Notes under the pieces: model-generated | What the model was told of the DNA's origin: nothing | What the model saw: the letters and a program-made list of their open reading frames with translations, nothing else | The model's database searches: none | Position numbers and translations under genes: made by a program | In this document: in pieces, positions 17,692 through 27,651 of the stretch | How positions within the stretch are numbered: the stretch's first letter is position 1 | Layout of the letters: every line of letters begins with the position of its first letter | Source: Nitrospirales bacterium | Lineage (GTDB): Bacteria; Nitrospirota; Nitrospiria; Nitrospirales; UBA8639 | Assembly (NCBI GenBank): GCA_965223295.1 | Contig: CBDCWC010000003.1 | Location: 608,001-672,000, forward strand | Direction: 5' to 3' | DNA: 64,000 bases

Positions 17692-19458
17692 TTATTGACG
17701 CCTTTTGGGTACATGATCTGATGGAACAATCACCTGGAAGACGACATGACGTCCTTGAGATACGTCGTTGCCATTTAAAGATCGCGCCGCCCCCATGCCT
17801 GCTGGCCTGAATTTGATTGCCTCGAAAGAACCGTTTGTCAGTTCCTTCAGGACAGCCCTCGCTCGCAACAAACTCAAATTTTTATTCACCTCACTTCTCC
17901 CATCAGGACTCGTAAAACCTTGAATATGAATAACAGCTGAAATGCCTAACATGCTAGCCTTCTGATCGAATATCTGAAGCATCTCAGCAATATCGATGAG
18001 AGTAGACCGTTGGCTTTGACCAATTCTTGATTCTCCAACGTCAAATACAATCATTTGGCTTTCTAAATTGGCTTGTAGTGTCTCAAGTTGTTTCATATCT
18101 GTATCAACCAGTTGTCCCATCTCAATGTGAGCGACCCCAGGAACTAGGGGTCCTAACAGTTGAGCCTGTTCAATCCATGCATGCGAGGCCTCTCCCATCA
18201 GAACCAATGTTGTGCCTTCTCCCCCGACCACAACAGAACTTGGAGGACGTAACTGAATCATGGCTCGCTTGTGTACAAATTCCGGAGTGAGGTCCATAAA
18301 GGGTTCTAAACGAAATACGACCTCTTCCGAGGAGTAGCCCAACTCTGAACGAATCTTCTCGGGATTGATGGCTAAAGGGTCCCTTAACCCATAAAAAATC
18401 GTTGGTAATCCCTCATCTTGAATCGACGTCACAACCAATCCAGGTTCCTGACCAACCCGCTCCAAGAATTGAGCCCATCGTTGTTGATCCGAACGGGCCT
18501 GAAACACCCAAATCCCCAAGCCGAGCAACAGCAAGCCCAACAGGATCCAGAACGCGAACGGAAGACCTTTGGACTTTTTCTCAAATTGCGCTTGCAAACA
18601 ATCTTCTAAAGAAAGACGAGTCTCTTCAAAAGATGTGGTATCACCTGTGAATGACTGCAAGAGCTCTGAGAATTGCGCATGGATGGTCTCGAGCGTTTCT
18701 TGGAAAACCTCTCGTAACTCCATCGGAGGTGCTCCACGAATGACTCCTGCCAAAATTGCTCCTGAACCCTGTTCAATCCATACCGTCAAATCGCCTATTC
18801 GAAGTGACTCCAAACCATCATCTTGTTTTTGCCCAAACGAATCACGAACAAAGTCCTGGATGGCGGTTAACATCCCAGATATCATTTCCTCACCTTGTCC
18901 GCTTATTCCTTCGGCCACCACATGATTTAACAAGAGTCCCGTTTTCTTGTGGATGAGAAACACCTGTTCGACTCGAAACCGTAGAGTATGTAGTAACACC
19001 ACTTCGGCAAAGGATTTACCGGTCCTGAATGCTTCCCAACGCCATTGGAGGCCTTTCCAGGACATGCTATATTCCAGCGTTTGATTCAGTGACTGGACCA
19101 TCCCTCGCATAGCCCGAGCGATAGCCTTTCGGATCGCGGGGCCTAAGATGGGAGCAATAGAATCGCTGATGAGTTGAGGCGATTGTTTAATCGAAAGCGA
19201 AAGCGCCTCCTGAGTGATGGGAATCATGGAAGACAGCAATCGTGTATCTTGCTGCGCACGGATCCGAATAGCATCCGGCAACACACGGCCGACATCCTGC
19301 GGCTCAAGAATGTAGTGATCCAGACGGTTTTTCAGACGCTCTAGCTCAGTCTGTTCAGGAGCTAGGAGTAATTGACGAAGATGAGAAAATCCCCCAGATT
19401 CTTTAACAGAAAACTTTGCAGGAGGGTTGGAAGAAGGAGAGCGTGGTTTGCCAGCCAT
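17692..19458 (-). CDS. Single-pass membrane protein: helical N-domain + longin/roadblock-like domain + TM + BON-like + OmpA-like C-terminal domain
   Basis: VEQVFLIHKKTGLLL...SGMLTAIQDFVRDSF...IEQG; TM FWILLGLLLLGLGIWVF; OmpA motif FDVGES...IQGFTSPDG...NKNLSLLRARAV. Confidence 0.8.
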   Translation of the reverse strand: MAGKPRSPSSNPPAKFSVKESGGFSHLRQLLLAPEQTELERLKNRLDHYILEPQDVGRVLPDAIRIRAQQDTRLLSSMIPITQEALSLSIKQSPQLISDSIAPILGPAIRKAIARAMRGMVQSLNQTLEYSMSWKGLQWRWEAFRTGKSFAEVVLLHTLRFRVEQVFLIHKKTGLLLNHVVAEGISGQGEEMISGMLTAIQDFVRDSFGQKQDDGLESLRIGDLTVWIEQGSGAILAGVIRGAPPMELREVFQETLETIHAQFSELLQSFTGDTTSFEETRLSLEDCLQAQFEKKSKGLPFAFWILLGLLLLGLGIWVFQARSDQQRWAQFLERVGQEPGLVVTSIQDEGLPTIFYGLRDPLAINPEKIRSELGYSSEEVVFRLEPFMDLTPEFVHKRAMIQLRPPSSVVVGGEGTTLVLMGEASHAWIEQAQLLGPLVPGVAHIEMGQLVDTDMKQLETLQANLESQMIVFDVGESRIGQSQRSTLIDIAEMLQIFDQKASMLGISAVIHIQGFTSPDGRSEVNKNLSLLRARAVLKELTNGSFEAIKFRPAGMGAARSLNGNDVSQGRHVVFQVIVPSDHVPKRRQ

Positions 19459-19596
19459 AACAAATACCTTAGCCTACCATTACCCCGCCCTCAGCACCGG
19501 ATCTTGACAAGCGCCACTAATGGCAAAAGAGAAAAGCGCCTTCTCACAGAAACAAGCACCATGGAGATGTTGGTCAACTGGCGCATCAATTCCTCT

Positions 19597-20223
19597 TTAG
19601 GAATCCTGGGTATGGTGCTCACTGGCTTTTAAACGAACAGCGAGGTCCATTAACATTTCCGATAACACAGCCCGATCAGTTTTATCGGCTTTGAGCTCTT
19701 GGAACCCTTGGTCAACCTGAGCCTGTAATTGTGCAATCTGTTCCAAATAACTGTCTGAAATTTCCTGCTTTTGTTGGGTCAGATTAACTTCAATCGTTGA
19801 AAATTGTTGCGTGGCCTTTGAGTCCAACCCGGAGAGTCGCTCTTCTAACGTTTTCCCTAGTTGTTCAATAACCGATCTCACATCTTCGACGTCTGCGGTT
19901 CTGGCGCTCTGCTCTTTTTGAAATTGCTCTGCGACCCGATGCATTTCCCCATTCAAAAATTGCTTGAGTTCATCTACTGAATTGGAGAGATCAGCCCGAA
20001 GCGTCGCACTTTCCTCACGCAATTGGCTTTCCAAAGCAGCGAAGCGATGCTCAAATTCCCGGCTTTGTGCACCAAATAAAATATCCCTGACTTTCTCTAA
20101 ATTCCCTTCCTCCAGTTTGCCCTCCACTTCAGAATGTGCCGCAGAGGTTGACTGACGTATTGAGGAGCTAGAAACTTTATACGAGAGAGATTTTGATGGT
20201 TTAGAGGGCCCAGCTTTATTCAT
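19597..20223 (-). CDS. Coiled-coil hypothetical protein (first gene of GTPase operon)
   Basis: NLEKVRDILFGAQSREFEHRF, long heptad region, KTDRAVLSEMLMDLAVRL. Confidence 0.75.
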   Translation of the reverse strand: MNKAGPSKPSKSLSYKVSSSSIRQSTSAAHSEVEGKLEEGNLEKVRDILFGAQSREFEHRFAALESQLREESATLRADLSNSVDELKQFLNGEMHRVAEQFQKEQSARTADVEDVRSVIEQLGKTLEERLSGLDSKATQQFSTIEVNLTQQKQEISDSYLEQIAQLQAQVDQGFQELKADKTDRAVLSEMLMDLAVRLKASEHHTQDS

Positions 20224-20615
20224 AGTTTGTCACCCCATCATATTACTTACGCCTAGGAAAGATCACTTAGTCCAACGAATCCTACCACCACTAGAAAATC
20301 GGAACAAGTGAAAGAAAGAGAAACTACGCCCTTTTCCGGAAAACCTCAAAACCACAGTAGACTTCTCACCGTTTGCAAAGGTCCAGCACTACTATATCTC
20401 AAATGCGCTGGAGCACAGAATGCCACAGAAGGACTAGCCCCAGAAGCAATGCTGAAAACACCATCAACAAGCCTCAATTTTTCATGAAAAACACAAATTA
20501 ATCAAGGGACTTTGGACGACAGTCTGGGAACCGGGATGGAATCGAACGTGGCTAAGAAGCAAAATACAGAAAGGAACGACGACCCTCTAAGAGGTGGAGT
20601 CAAATACCTTCAGTG

Positions 20616-20822
20616 CTAATCTTTTTCAGGCTCGGACCCACCATGCTTGTGCGTCACGCGATCCTCATCAAATAATTCAGCCATCTCTTGAGCCATAATG
20701 TCATTATCGTGTGGAAGAGAAACGACAGACAATTCTTTTTTAATTTTTGGAGGTTGTGGCGTCAAATCTTGGTCTTCAGCCTTGGCAATTTTTTTCTCTT
20801 CCGATTCTTGTGAGTCATCCAT
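20616..20822 (-). CDS. Small acidic hypothetical protein
   Basis: 68-aa ORF with GGAGGAG upstream, directly after 20847-21209. Confidence 0.55.
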   Translation of the reverse strand: MDDSQESEEKKIAKAEDQDLTPQPPKIKKELSVVSLPHDNDIMAQEMAELFDEDRVTHKHGGSEPEKD

Positions 20823-20846
20823 TTTTTCAGATCTCCTCCATAGTGA

Positions 20847-21209
20847 TTATTCAAAGGATTCCAAAAAAGACTGCTCTGTAAACTTCAACTGACATGCCTC
20901 ACATGTCACAAAATAAACTGATTCGCGAATGGAAACTACTGCTCTAAAGTCCAATAACACCCCACGATGCCGACAAGAAAGACAGGCGATTTCCTTAAGG
21001 CGATAGGGGACATCCGGCTGAGTTTGGAGATAAAACTCCATATCTGTGTGAACTGGGAAGGTATAAAAACAATCCCGACAAATCGCTTTCCATTCACCAT
21101 CCCCTGCGGCCGTTGTCCGGGAATCAATCCCAAAACGATTACCCTTACAAATCGCACATTTGGCTTCACCCAATCGTTGCTCAACTTCTTGAATACTTAA
21201 TTGTACCAT
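20847..21209 (-). CDS. Hypothetical double zinc-ribbon protein
   Basis: Four CxxC pairs: CAIC, CRDC, CLSC, CEAC. Confidence 0.75.
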   Translation of the reverse strand: MVQLSIQEVEQRLGEAKCAICKGNRFGIDSRTTAAGDGEWKAICRDCFYTFPVHTDMEFYLQTQPDVPYRLKEIACLSCRHRGVLLDFRAVVSIRESVYFVTCEACQLKFTEQSFLESFE

Positions 21210-21380
21210 CTGTGTTCTTTCATTTTATTGCACCATTCTTCTCGTTCTTCAGTATAGGTAGCTTGCGGAGCTCCCGCAACTACAACCATCCCTTCTGCAA
21301 CAAGAAACTCACAGGCGAGGCTAAATTTCTTCCTTATTTGCCTTGTGTTTTTCTCTTCCTTAGCCGAAAAGGTCATCACT

Positions 21381-21809
21381 ATGATCAGCTATATCGACCA
21401 TCAACTTTATATTGGCGACAAAACAGACGCTGAATCTCCCCCTGCATTTATCAACGCCGTTCTCTGGACCGCGGGAGATATACGACTTTCGCCACCTCCG
21501 AATACCCTCTTCGGCAGACTACCTCTGAACGAATACACGGAGCCAGACCCCATTGACTTAAAAATGGGTATCGAGTGGTTAGCCCAGCGTTTACCGGAGC
21601 ATCACATTCTCGTTGCCTGTCGACAAGGATTTGGCCGGTCCCCCTCGGTTATCATCGCCTATCTTTGTTGCGTAGTTGGGCTTCCCTACTACCAAGCTCA
21701 CGACCTGCTCACCCAAAAGCGTCCAGGAACAACACCCCTTCCCCGGTTAGATTCCTTAGTCGAGCAATTACGAGAAACATCACCTGTTCTGACTCCATCT
21801 ACTCACTAA
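21381..21809 (+). CDS. Dual-specificity/protein-tyrosine phosphatase family protein
   Basis: LYIGD, CX5R motif ACRQGFGRS, IIAYL, KRP. Confidence 0.85.
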   Translation: MISYIDHQLYIGDKTDAESPPAFINAVLWTAGDIRLSPPPNTLFGRLPLNEYTEPDPIDLKMGIEWLAQRLPEHHILVACRQGFGRSPSVIIAYLCCVVGLPYYQAHDLLTQKRPGTTPLPRLDSLVEQLRETSPVLTPSTH

Positions 21810-21957
21810 CTTTTTTCAATTCCTGGTCTTCTTACTTTCTCTCAGTTTCTCTAGCGAGTATATCGATTGCCCAACAAAACCTTCCGGCATCGACAAGAAA
21901 TCTGCTACTTTCCATAAAAACCCTCTCGTTTAGCCAATGATTTGCATCAGTAAGTCT

Positions 21958-22046
21958 GGCCTTTTTTCAACAGACCCGAGGCCTCTGACATGTGACGTTG
22001 CAGAGACGAAATGTGGCCATTGATATCATGATGATTTAACAGCTCC
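21958..22046 (+). mobile_element. Partial MITE (internal end + tail i)
   Basis: TTTTTTCAACAGACCC-GAGGCCTCTGACATGTGACG...TTAACAGCTCC; matches the tail of 30022-30209 and 45456-45646. Confidence 0.75.
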
Positions 22047-22077
22047 ATTCACTTGATTTTCTCAGAAAACCTTCTTG

Positions 22078-22908
22078 ATGCCTGAACTTCCTGAAGTCGA
22101 AGTGGTTGTGCAACAGTTGAACACCCATGTGCTTGGAGCAACGATCAAGACATTGACTATCCCACGGGCAGATATCGTTCGTTCTGGACATTCCCTTGCT
22201 CCATGGTTTCAGCAGGCCAAAATTACGCATATACATCGAATCGGCAAATGCGTCCTCATGACCTGCCAACGTTCTCAGAATACCCGATATCTCCTCTCGG
22301 AATTGGGTATGACGGGATTGTGGTTTTTTAAGGCAGACCTGGCAAGTTCGCCCCAACACATCCATTGCACCATCACCCTATCTGGCTCAAAGACCAAAGA
22401 ACTTCATTATTGGAATCCTCGACGATTTGGCCGACTCTGGTTCTTTGAGTTATCTGGGTTAGAATCGTTCAGGCAACGCCGATTCGGGCTAGATGCCTTA
22501 ACAATAACCCAAGAAGCCTTTTGCCATCTCGTCCAAGCCACTCGTGGCCAACTAAAAGCCTTTTTGCTGAATCAACATTGGCTAGCCGGAATTGGCAATA
22601 TCTATGCGAATGAAATTCTGTTTCGCTCAAGAATCCATCCTTGTGCCAAAGGGAATCATCTTCGACGAACATCCTGCCAACGGCTCTACCACACAATGCA
22701 ACACGTATTACGGGAAGGAATCGCAGCTGGAGGATCGTCTATTCGAGATTTTTGTGCTCCAGATGGTTCACGCGGGCACTTTCAAGAAGCCCATCAGGTG
22801 TATCAAAAAGATGGCCAGCCTTGCCCACGTGGCTGCCCCGGCCAAATTAAACGATTACAACAAGAACGTAGTTCGTTTTTCTGTCCATCCTGTCAAAAGA
22901 AGCGCTGA
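22078..22908 (+). CDS. mutM: Formamidopyrimidine-DNA glycosylase
   Basis: N-terminal PELPEVE, LGMTG, PRRFG, GIGNIYANEILF, C-terminal FCPSCQ zinc finger. Confidence 0.95.
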   Translation: MPELPEVEVVVQQLNTHVLGATIKTLTIPRADIVRSGHSLAPWFQQAKITHIHRIGKCVLMTCQRSQNTRYLLSELGMTGLWFFKADLASSPQHIHCTITLSGSKTKELHYWNPRRFGRLWFFELSGLESFRQRRFGLDALTITQEAFCHLVQATRGQLKAFLLNQHWLAGIGNIYANEILFRSRIHPCAKGNHLRRTSCQRLYHTMQHVLREGIAAGGSSIRDFCAPDGSRGHFQEAHQVYQKDGQPCPRGCPGQIKRLQQERSSFFCPSCQKKR

Positions 22909-23014
22909 CCCAAAGAACGTTTCCTTGAGGCCGGTATAGGCCTTTGGTAGAATAGCGCCTGTCTAAGAACAGTCATGACAATTTGGGATTGGAGGAGGGT
23001 GATTCACGCCGTCT

Positions 23015-23998
23015 GTGCGAAAAATTAAACTACGAGAAGGGGTAGATTTAGCCAATCTCTTTGGGCCACAGGACCTGCACCTCAAAATGATTGAAGGGGA
23101 ACTGCAGATTCATATGGCCGCACGAGGCGATGAAATTACCCTGGATGGGCAACCTGATTCTGTCAAGCGAGCTGAACATATTCTTCAGGAGTTAGCGGAT
23201 TGGACGCGAACACATCATGAATTGAAACCAGAAGATATTTCAAGAGCCATCCGAGCCACTGAGGAAAAACGCGACATTCCCCTCAAACCTTACACCTTCT
23301 CCACAGGCACCCTTTCAACGACAAAGGGCACCGTCAATCCCAAGACACCAACACAGCAAGTCTACCTTCAAGCCATTAAACAATCCGATCTGGTCATTGC
23401 CATCGGTCCCGCCGGAACTGGGAAAACCTATCTGGCGATGGCCATGGCACTGGCAGCCCTCACCCACAAACAAGTTAGCCGCATTATTTTAGCGCGCCCC
23501 GCGGTTGAAGCCGGTGAACGTCTAGGTTTTCTTCCTGGAGATCTCTTTGCCAAAGTCCATCCCTACTTACGGCCTTTGTATGACGCCCTCTATACCATGA
23601 TGGATATTGAACGGGCCAATCGTCTCCTAGAGCGGGGGGACATTGAAATTGCACCTCTGGCCTTTATGCGAGGAAGAACATTGGATGATGCCTTTGTAAT
23701 TTTGGATGAAGCGCAAAATGCGACGACTGAACAGATGAAAATGTTTCTGACACGACTGGGTATGAACTCCAAAGCCATCGTCACAGGAGATGTAACGCAA
23801 ATCGATTTGCCTGATTCACAGAAATCCGGGTTAACGCAAATTGCCGAAATTCTCACAAACATCAAAGGAATTCAGTTCGTCTATTTTTCTGAACAAGATG
23901 TTGTGCGTCATCGATTAGTCAAAGCCATTATTCAAGCCTATGACCGATATGAACAGGATAACGAGTCACAAAACGGCCAAGAAGGATCCGTGGCCTAA
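23015..23998 (+). CDS. phoH: PhoH-like ATPase
   Basis: GPAGTGKTYLA, RPAVEAGERLGFLPG, FMRGRT, DEAQN. Confidence 0.95.
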   Translation: MRKIKLREGVDLANLFGPQDLHLKMIEGELQIHMAARGDEITLDGQPDSVKRAEHILQELADWTRTHHELKPEDISRAIRATEEKRDIPLKPYTFSTGTLSTTKGTVNPKTPTQQVYLQAIKQSDLVIAIGPAGTGKTYLAMAMALAALTHKQVSRIILARPAVEAGERLGFLPGDLFAKVHPYLRPLYDALYTMMDIERANRLLERGDIEIAPLAFMRGRTLDDAFVILDEAQNATTEQMKMFLTRLGMNSKAIVTGDVTQIDLPDSQKSGLTQIAEILTNIKGIQFVYFSEQDVVRHRLVKAIIQAYDRYEQDNESQNGQEGSVA

Positions 23999-24004
23999 TG
24001 CCCC

Positions 24005-24454
24005 ATGGCTATTTGGTTCCGTACCCATCTTCGACGCGTGTCTGTCCACGCCAAATCCATTCAACGCGTTACGCAAACGATCGTAAAGTATACCGGGTCT
24101 CCCAACGCAGATTTGAGCCTCTCGTTAGTTGGCAGGACACGGATGCGCAGTCTCAACCGGCAGTATCGCGGGCGGGATTATCCAACAGATGTCCTCGCCT
24201 TCCCAATGGAGCCGATGGGAAAACGGCCACAACCATTTTTGGGAGATATTGTGATCTGCTTGCCAATTGCGATCACTCAAGCCCCTCGATTCGACAATAC
24301 CCCAGACCAAGAAGTACTTCGACTCTTAATTCACGGGATTCTGCATCTTCAGGGTTATGACCATGAACGTTCTTCACAAGAAGCGAAGCGGATGCAACGA
24401 AAAGAACGCTCCATCACTAACAAGCTGTCGCCACCACCACGGCTTCTTGTCTAG
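24005..24454 (+). CDS. ybeY: rRNA maturation endoribonuclease YbeY
   Basis: LNRQYRGRDYPTDVLAF, HGILHLQGYDH. Confidence 0.95.
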   Translation: MAIWFRTHLRRVSVHAKSIQRVTQTIVKYTGSPNADLSLSLVGRTRMRSLNRQYRGRDYPTDVLAFPMEPMGKRPQPFLGDIVICLPIAITQAPRFDNTPDQEVLRLLIHGILHLQGYDHERSSQEAKRMQRKERSITNKLSPPPRLLV

Positions 24455-24496
24455 AATAGAGACTTCCGCACTTACCACCCTCACCTTCTTTTCTGT

Positions 24497-25423
24497 ATGA
24501 GCTGGCTCCAGCGTCTTCAAGATGGGTTAGAGAAAACGCGTCAAAACGTGCAAAGTTCTTTGCACCGTATGATTGGAGGGCAACTTGACCCAGCCGTGAT
24601 GGAAGATGTTGAAGGGAGCCTTTTGCAGGCCGATATGGGTGTTCGAACCGTGCAACGGTTTCTCGATGAGGTGAACGCTCAAACAGGCCCCTTTCAATCT
24701 GCCACCCCACTCGAAATCTTACAGAATCTTCTTCTGGATATACTAAAGAAAGCCGAAACAGAGCCACTGGAAGACATGATTCGCCGAGGACCTAAACCGT
24801 TTGTTGTTCTCACGATCGGCATCAATGGGGTTGGGAAAACCACCACTATCGCCAAGCTTGGACATCGCTTCAGTCAGGCTGGACTGTATACGCTCTTTGT
24901 GGCCGGAGATACCTTTCGCGCCGCAGCCATTGAACAACTAAATATTTGGGGGAAGCGGGCGGGCGTGGACGTGATTAAACATCAACAAGGTTCTGACCCC
25001 GCAGCTGTCGTGTTTGACGGCATTGTCGCCGCCAAGTCTCGAAATGTCGATGTGGTGCTGATCGATACGGCCGGCCGGCTTCATACGAAAATCAATTTGA
25101 TGGATGAATTAAAAAAGATTAAACGTATCATCCAACGTGAAATGCCTGATGCACCTCACGAAACACTGCTCGTCTTAGACGGCACCCTAGGACAGAACAC
25201 CATCGCCCAGGCACGGCAGTTTCATGAATCACTCGGGGTTACGGGATTAGCGTTGACGAAACTTGATGGGACTGCCAGAGGCGGCGTGGTCATCGCTATT
25301 GTCGAAGAACTCAATCTGCCCGTTCGGCTCATCGGCGTCGGCGAGAAAGAAGAAGATCTTCAAGATTTCAAAGCTTCCGCATTCGTTAAGGCCTTATTAC
25401 CTCCAGAAGCCCCTTCTGCCTAA
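24497..25423 (+). CDS. ftsY: SRP receptor FtsY
   Basis: GINGVGKTTTIAKL, DTFRAAA, DTAGR, TKLDGTARGG. Confidence 0.96.
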   Translation: MSWLQRLQDGLEKTRQNVQSSLHRMIGGQLDPAVMEDVEGSLLQADMGVRTVQRFLDEVNAQTGPFQSATPLEILQNLLLDILKKAETEPLEDMIRRGPKPFVVLTIGINGVGKTTTIAKLGHRFSQAGLYTLFVAGDTFRAAAIEQLNIWGKRAGVDVIKHQQGSDPAAVVFDGIVAAKSRNVDVVLIDTAGRLHTKINLMDELKKIKRIIQREMPDAPHETLLVLDGTLGQNTIAQARQFHESLGVTGLALTKLDGTARGGVVIAIVEELNLPVRLIGVGEKEEDLQDFKASAFVKALLPPEAPSA

Positions 25424-25424
25424 T

Positions 25425-27572
25425 ATGGTTGTCCTTCGTTTTCTCGTGTGGTTGATTCTCGGCAGCATCATGATGCTGCCTCACATTCTTGAAGCCGCTT
25501 CTCCCCCATCCATACATCACAGACTAACTCTTGGGTTAGACCCTGAGACCCATCGACTCACCGCTACGGATGTTCTTCAATTAACCCAGAACTTATATAA
25601 CTGCCCACCCCTTGCGTTTGCATTGAATCCCAATTTAACCCTAGATCGTGTTGAGATAGACGGAAAATTAGCCACAGTTTCAAAAGCCCCTAACGGTTCA
25701 TCCGAGGGACAAAAGCTCTTCACAAAATGGATCATCGAATATCCTCTACCTCAACAAAAACAATCGGACTCATCCCCTATTTTGACAATCGTCTACCATG
25801 GTCCCATCAATGATTCCCCGGCTGCATCAAGTGGACTTCGCTTTGTGAGACCAGACAAAACCAACGGCCATATTGGAAAAGAAGGTATCTACCTCTCATC
25901 AGAAACATTTTGGTACCCAACCTGGAAGCAGCATCTCGTCACATTTGATCTGGAAGTCACATTGCCTTCTGACTGGCACTCCATCACTCAAGGAGAAGAA
26001 ATCCAGCAAACGATGACGCAATACAATCGAATCAGCCAATGGCGCGTTGCCTCTCCAACAGAGGCTCTGACTTTGGCCGCCAATACTTATGTGGTTCAGA
26101 AAAAACCATGGCGGAATATTCAACTCGCGACGTACCTGTTCCCCAAAGACGCAGCTTTAGCCGAACAATACCTGAAGGCCACCGCCACCTACCTGAAACT
26201 GTATACGAAACTCTTAGGTCCTTATCCCTTCTCGAAATTTGCTGTTGCCGAAAACTTTTTCCCAAGTGGTTTGGGGATGCCTTCATTCACCTTACTCGGA
26301 CAAGGGATCGTCCGGCGAGGCTACACCCAACCATACTCACTTGGTCACGAGATTGTGCATTCCTGGCTCGGCAATTCTATATTCAATGACTTCGGCAAAG
26401 GCAATTGGGTGGAAGGTCTCACCACTTATCTCGCCAACTACTATTATGATGAAGCGACAGGCAACCAAGCTGCTGCCAGCAAAACCCGGAGGCGGATGAT
26501 GGATGAATACAATCTGTACGCCACGCAAGGTAAGGACTATCCTATCCGTCAATTCCACCATAAGGAAACCCGAATCGATAACGCGGTGGGCTATCAAAAA
26601 ACCGCGCTCGTCTTTCATATGCTCAGACAAGAAATCGGTGATGACGCATTTTTTCAGGGCGTTCGTCATATCATTCAGGAAGGAACAGGGCAATTCTTTG
26701 AATGGCAAGATCTGAATAGGGCGTTTTCTAAAGTCTCAGAAAGAGACCTGAACGAATTTTTTGAGCAATGGGTTGAGCGTCCTAGCGCTCCATCGTTACA
26801 CCTCACGGATATTTTTGTTCAATCCGATTCGATCAGACCAGGCCATTCAATTCTAACTGGTACCATCGCGCAAAAAGATCCGATATACACACTGCCTCTT
26901 CCCATCCAAGTGAATCTTGAAGATGAATCAACTTTCACCTCTACACTCGCACTCGATCAGGTAAAAAACCCCTTTAACTTGAATCTCCCCAGTAAACCAA
27001 CATCAATTACACTTGATCCTGAACATCATTGGCTTCTGCGCCAGGAACGCCAACAGTTACGTCCCATGCTGAACGCCTGGGAGACGGCCACTCGTCGTAT
27101 TGTGATTCAGGCAACATCCTCATCAGAAGAAGAACTAGCGAGCTTCAAGGCGCTCCTCGGACGACTTCAAGGACAGTCTGATATTGAAATACAGCACCAC
27201 AATTCTCCCGCAATAACAGAAGAAGCTTCCTATCTCATCATTGGCACACCAGCCCACCAACTATTAGGCTCACAAGCCCTGCCAACTTGCCAGGAACATG
27301 TTGAGGTCAAATCCGAACGTGTCACCATTTCCAAGCAGCCATTTGAAGGCCCTAACATGGCCTTTCTCATCACCTGTCCACACCCAAAATACCCGAACCG
27401 CACCGTCTCGTTCTTTTTTGGGCTTTCTCCAAACGCCGTCACCCCCGTCGCTAGACTCCTCTTCTTTTATGGGTGGGATAGCTATTTAGTCTTTCAACAA
27501 GGCAAAGTTGTTGCCCGAGGGATGTTTCAGCCAGTACACTCTGCACGTGAATTTCCTATTCCAACACCATAA
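25425..27572 (+). CDS. M1 family aminopeptidase-like exported protein
   Basis: Signal peptide; HEIVHSW...WVEGLTTY zinc motif; GYQKTALVFHMLR. Confidence 0.85.
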   Translation: MVVLRFLVWLILGSIMMLPHILEAASPPSIHHRLTLGLDPETHRLTATDVLQLTQNLYNCPPLAFALNPNLTLDRVEIDGKLATVSKAPNGSSEGQKLFTKWIIEYPLPQQKQSDSSPILTIVYHGPINDSPAASSGLRFVRPDKTNGHIGKEGIYLSSETFWYPTWKQHLVTFDLEVTLPSDWHSITQGEEIQQTMTQYNRISQWRVASPTEALTLAANTYVVQKKPWRNIQLATYLFPKDAALAEQYLKATATYLKLYTKLLGPYPFSKFAVAENFFPSGLGMPSFTLLGQGIVRRGYTQPYSLGHEIVHSWLGNSIFNDFGKGNWVEGLTTYLANYYYDEATGNQAAASKTRRRMMDEYNLYATQGKDYPIRQFHHKETRIDNAVGYQKTALVFHMLRQEIGDDAFFQGVRHIIQEGTGQFFEWQDLNRAFSKVSERDLNEFFEQWVERPSAPSLHLTDIFVQSDSIRPGHSILTGTIAQKDPIYTLPLPIQVNLEDESTFTSTLALDQVKNPFNLNLPSKPTSITLDPEHHWLLRQERQQLRPMLNAWETATRRIVIQATSSSEEELASFKALLGRLQGQSDIEIQHHNSPAITEEASYLIIGTPAHQLLGSQALPTCQEHVEVKSERVTISKQPFEGPNMAFLITCPHPKYPNRTVSFFFGLSPNAVTPVARLLFFYGWDSYLVFQQGKVVARGMFQPVHSAREFPIPTP

Positions 27573-27604
27573 GCATTTTATATATTCTAAATTTTTCTTT
27601 GATT

Positions 27605-27640
27605 TTCCCCTCCTTTATAAGGAGGGGCTAGGGGAGGTAG
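27605..27640. repeat. REP-like short palindromic element
   Basis: CCCCTCCTT-TAT-AAGGAGGGG followed by CTAGGGGAGGT. Confidence 0.55.
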
Positions 27641-27651
27641 AGACAACATTC

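Noticed and set aside
25263-27651. Long N-terminal extensions given by the ORF track (25263, 27508; likewise 45254, 56999, 62642, 63230)
   Set aside because: They overlap upstream genes or leaders; downstream ATGs with an RBS, signal peptide or family N-terminus fit better.
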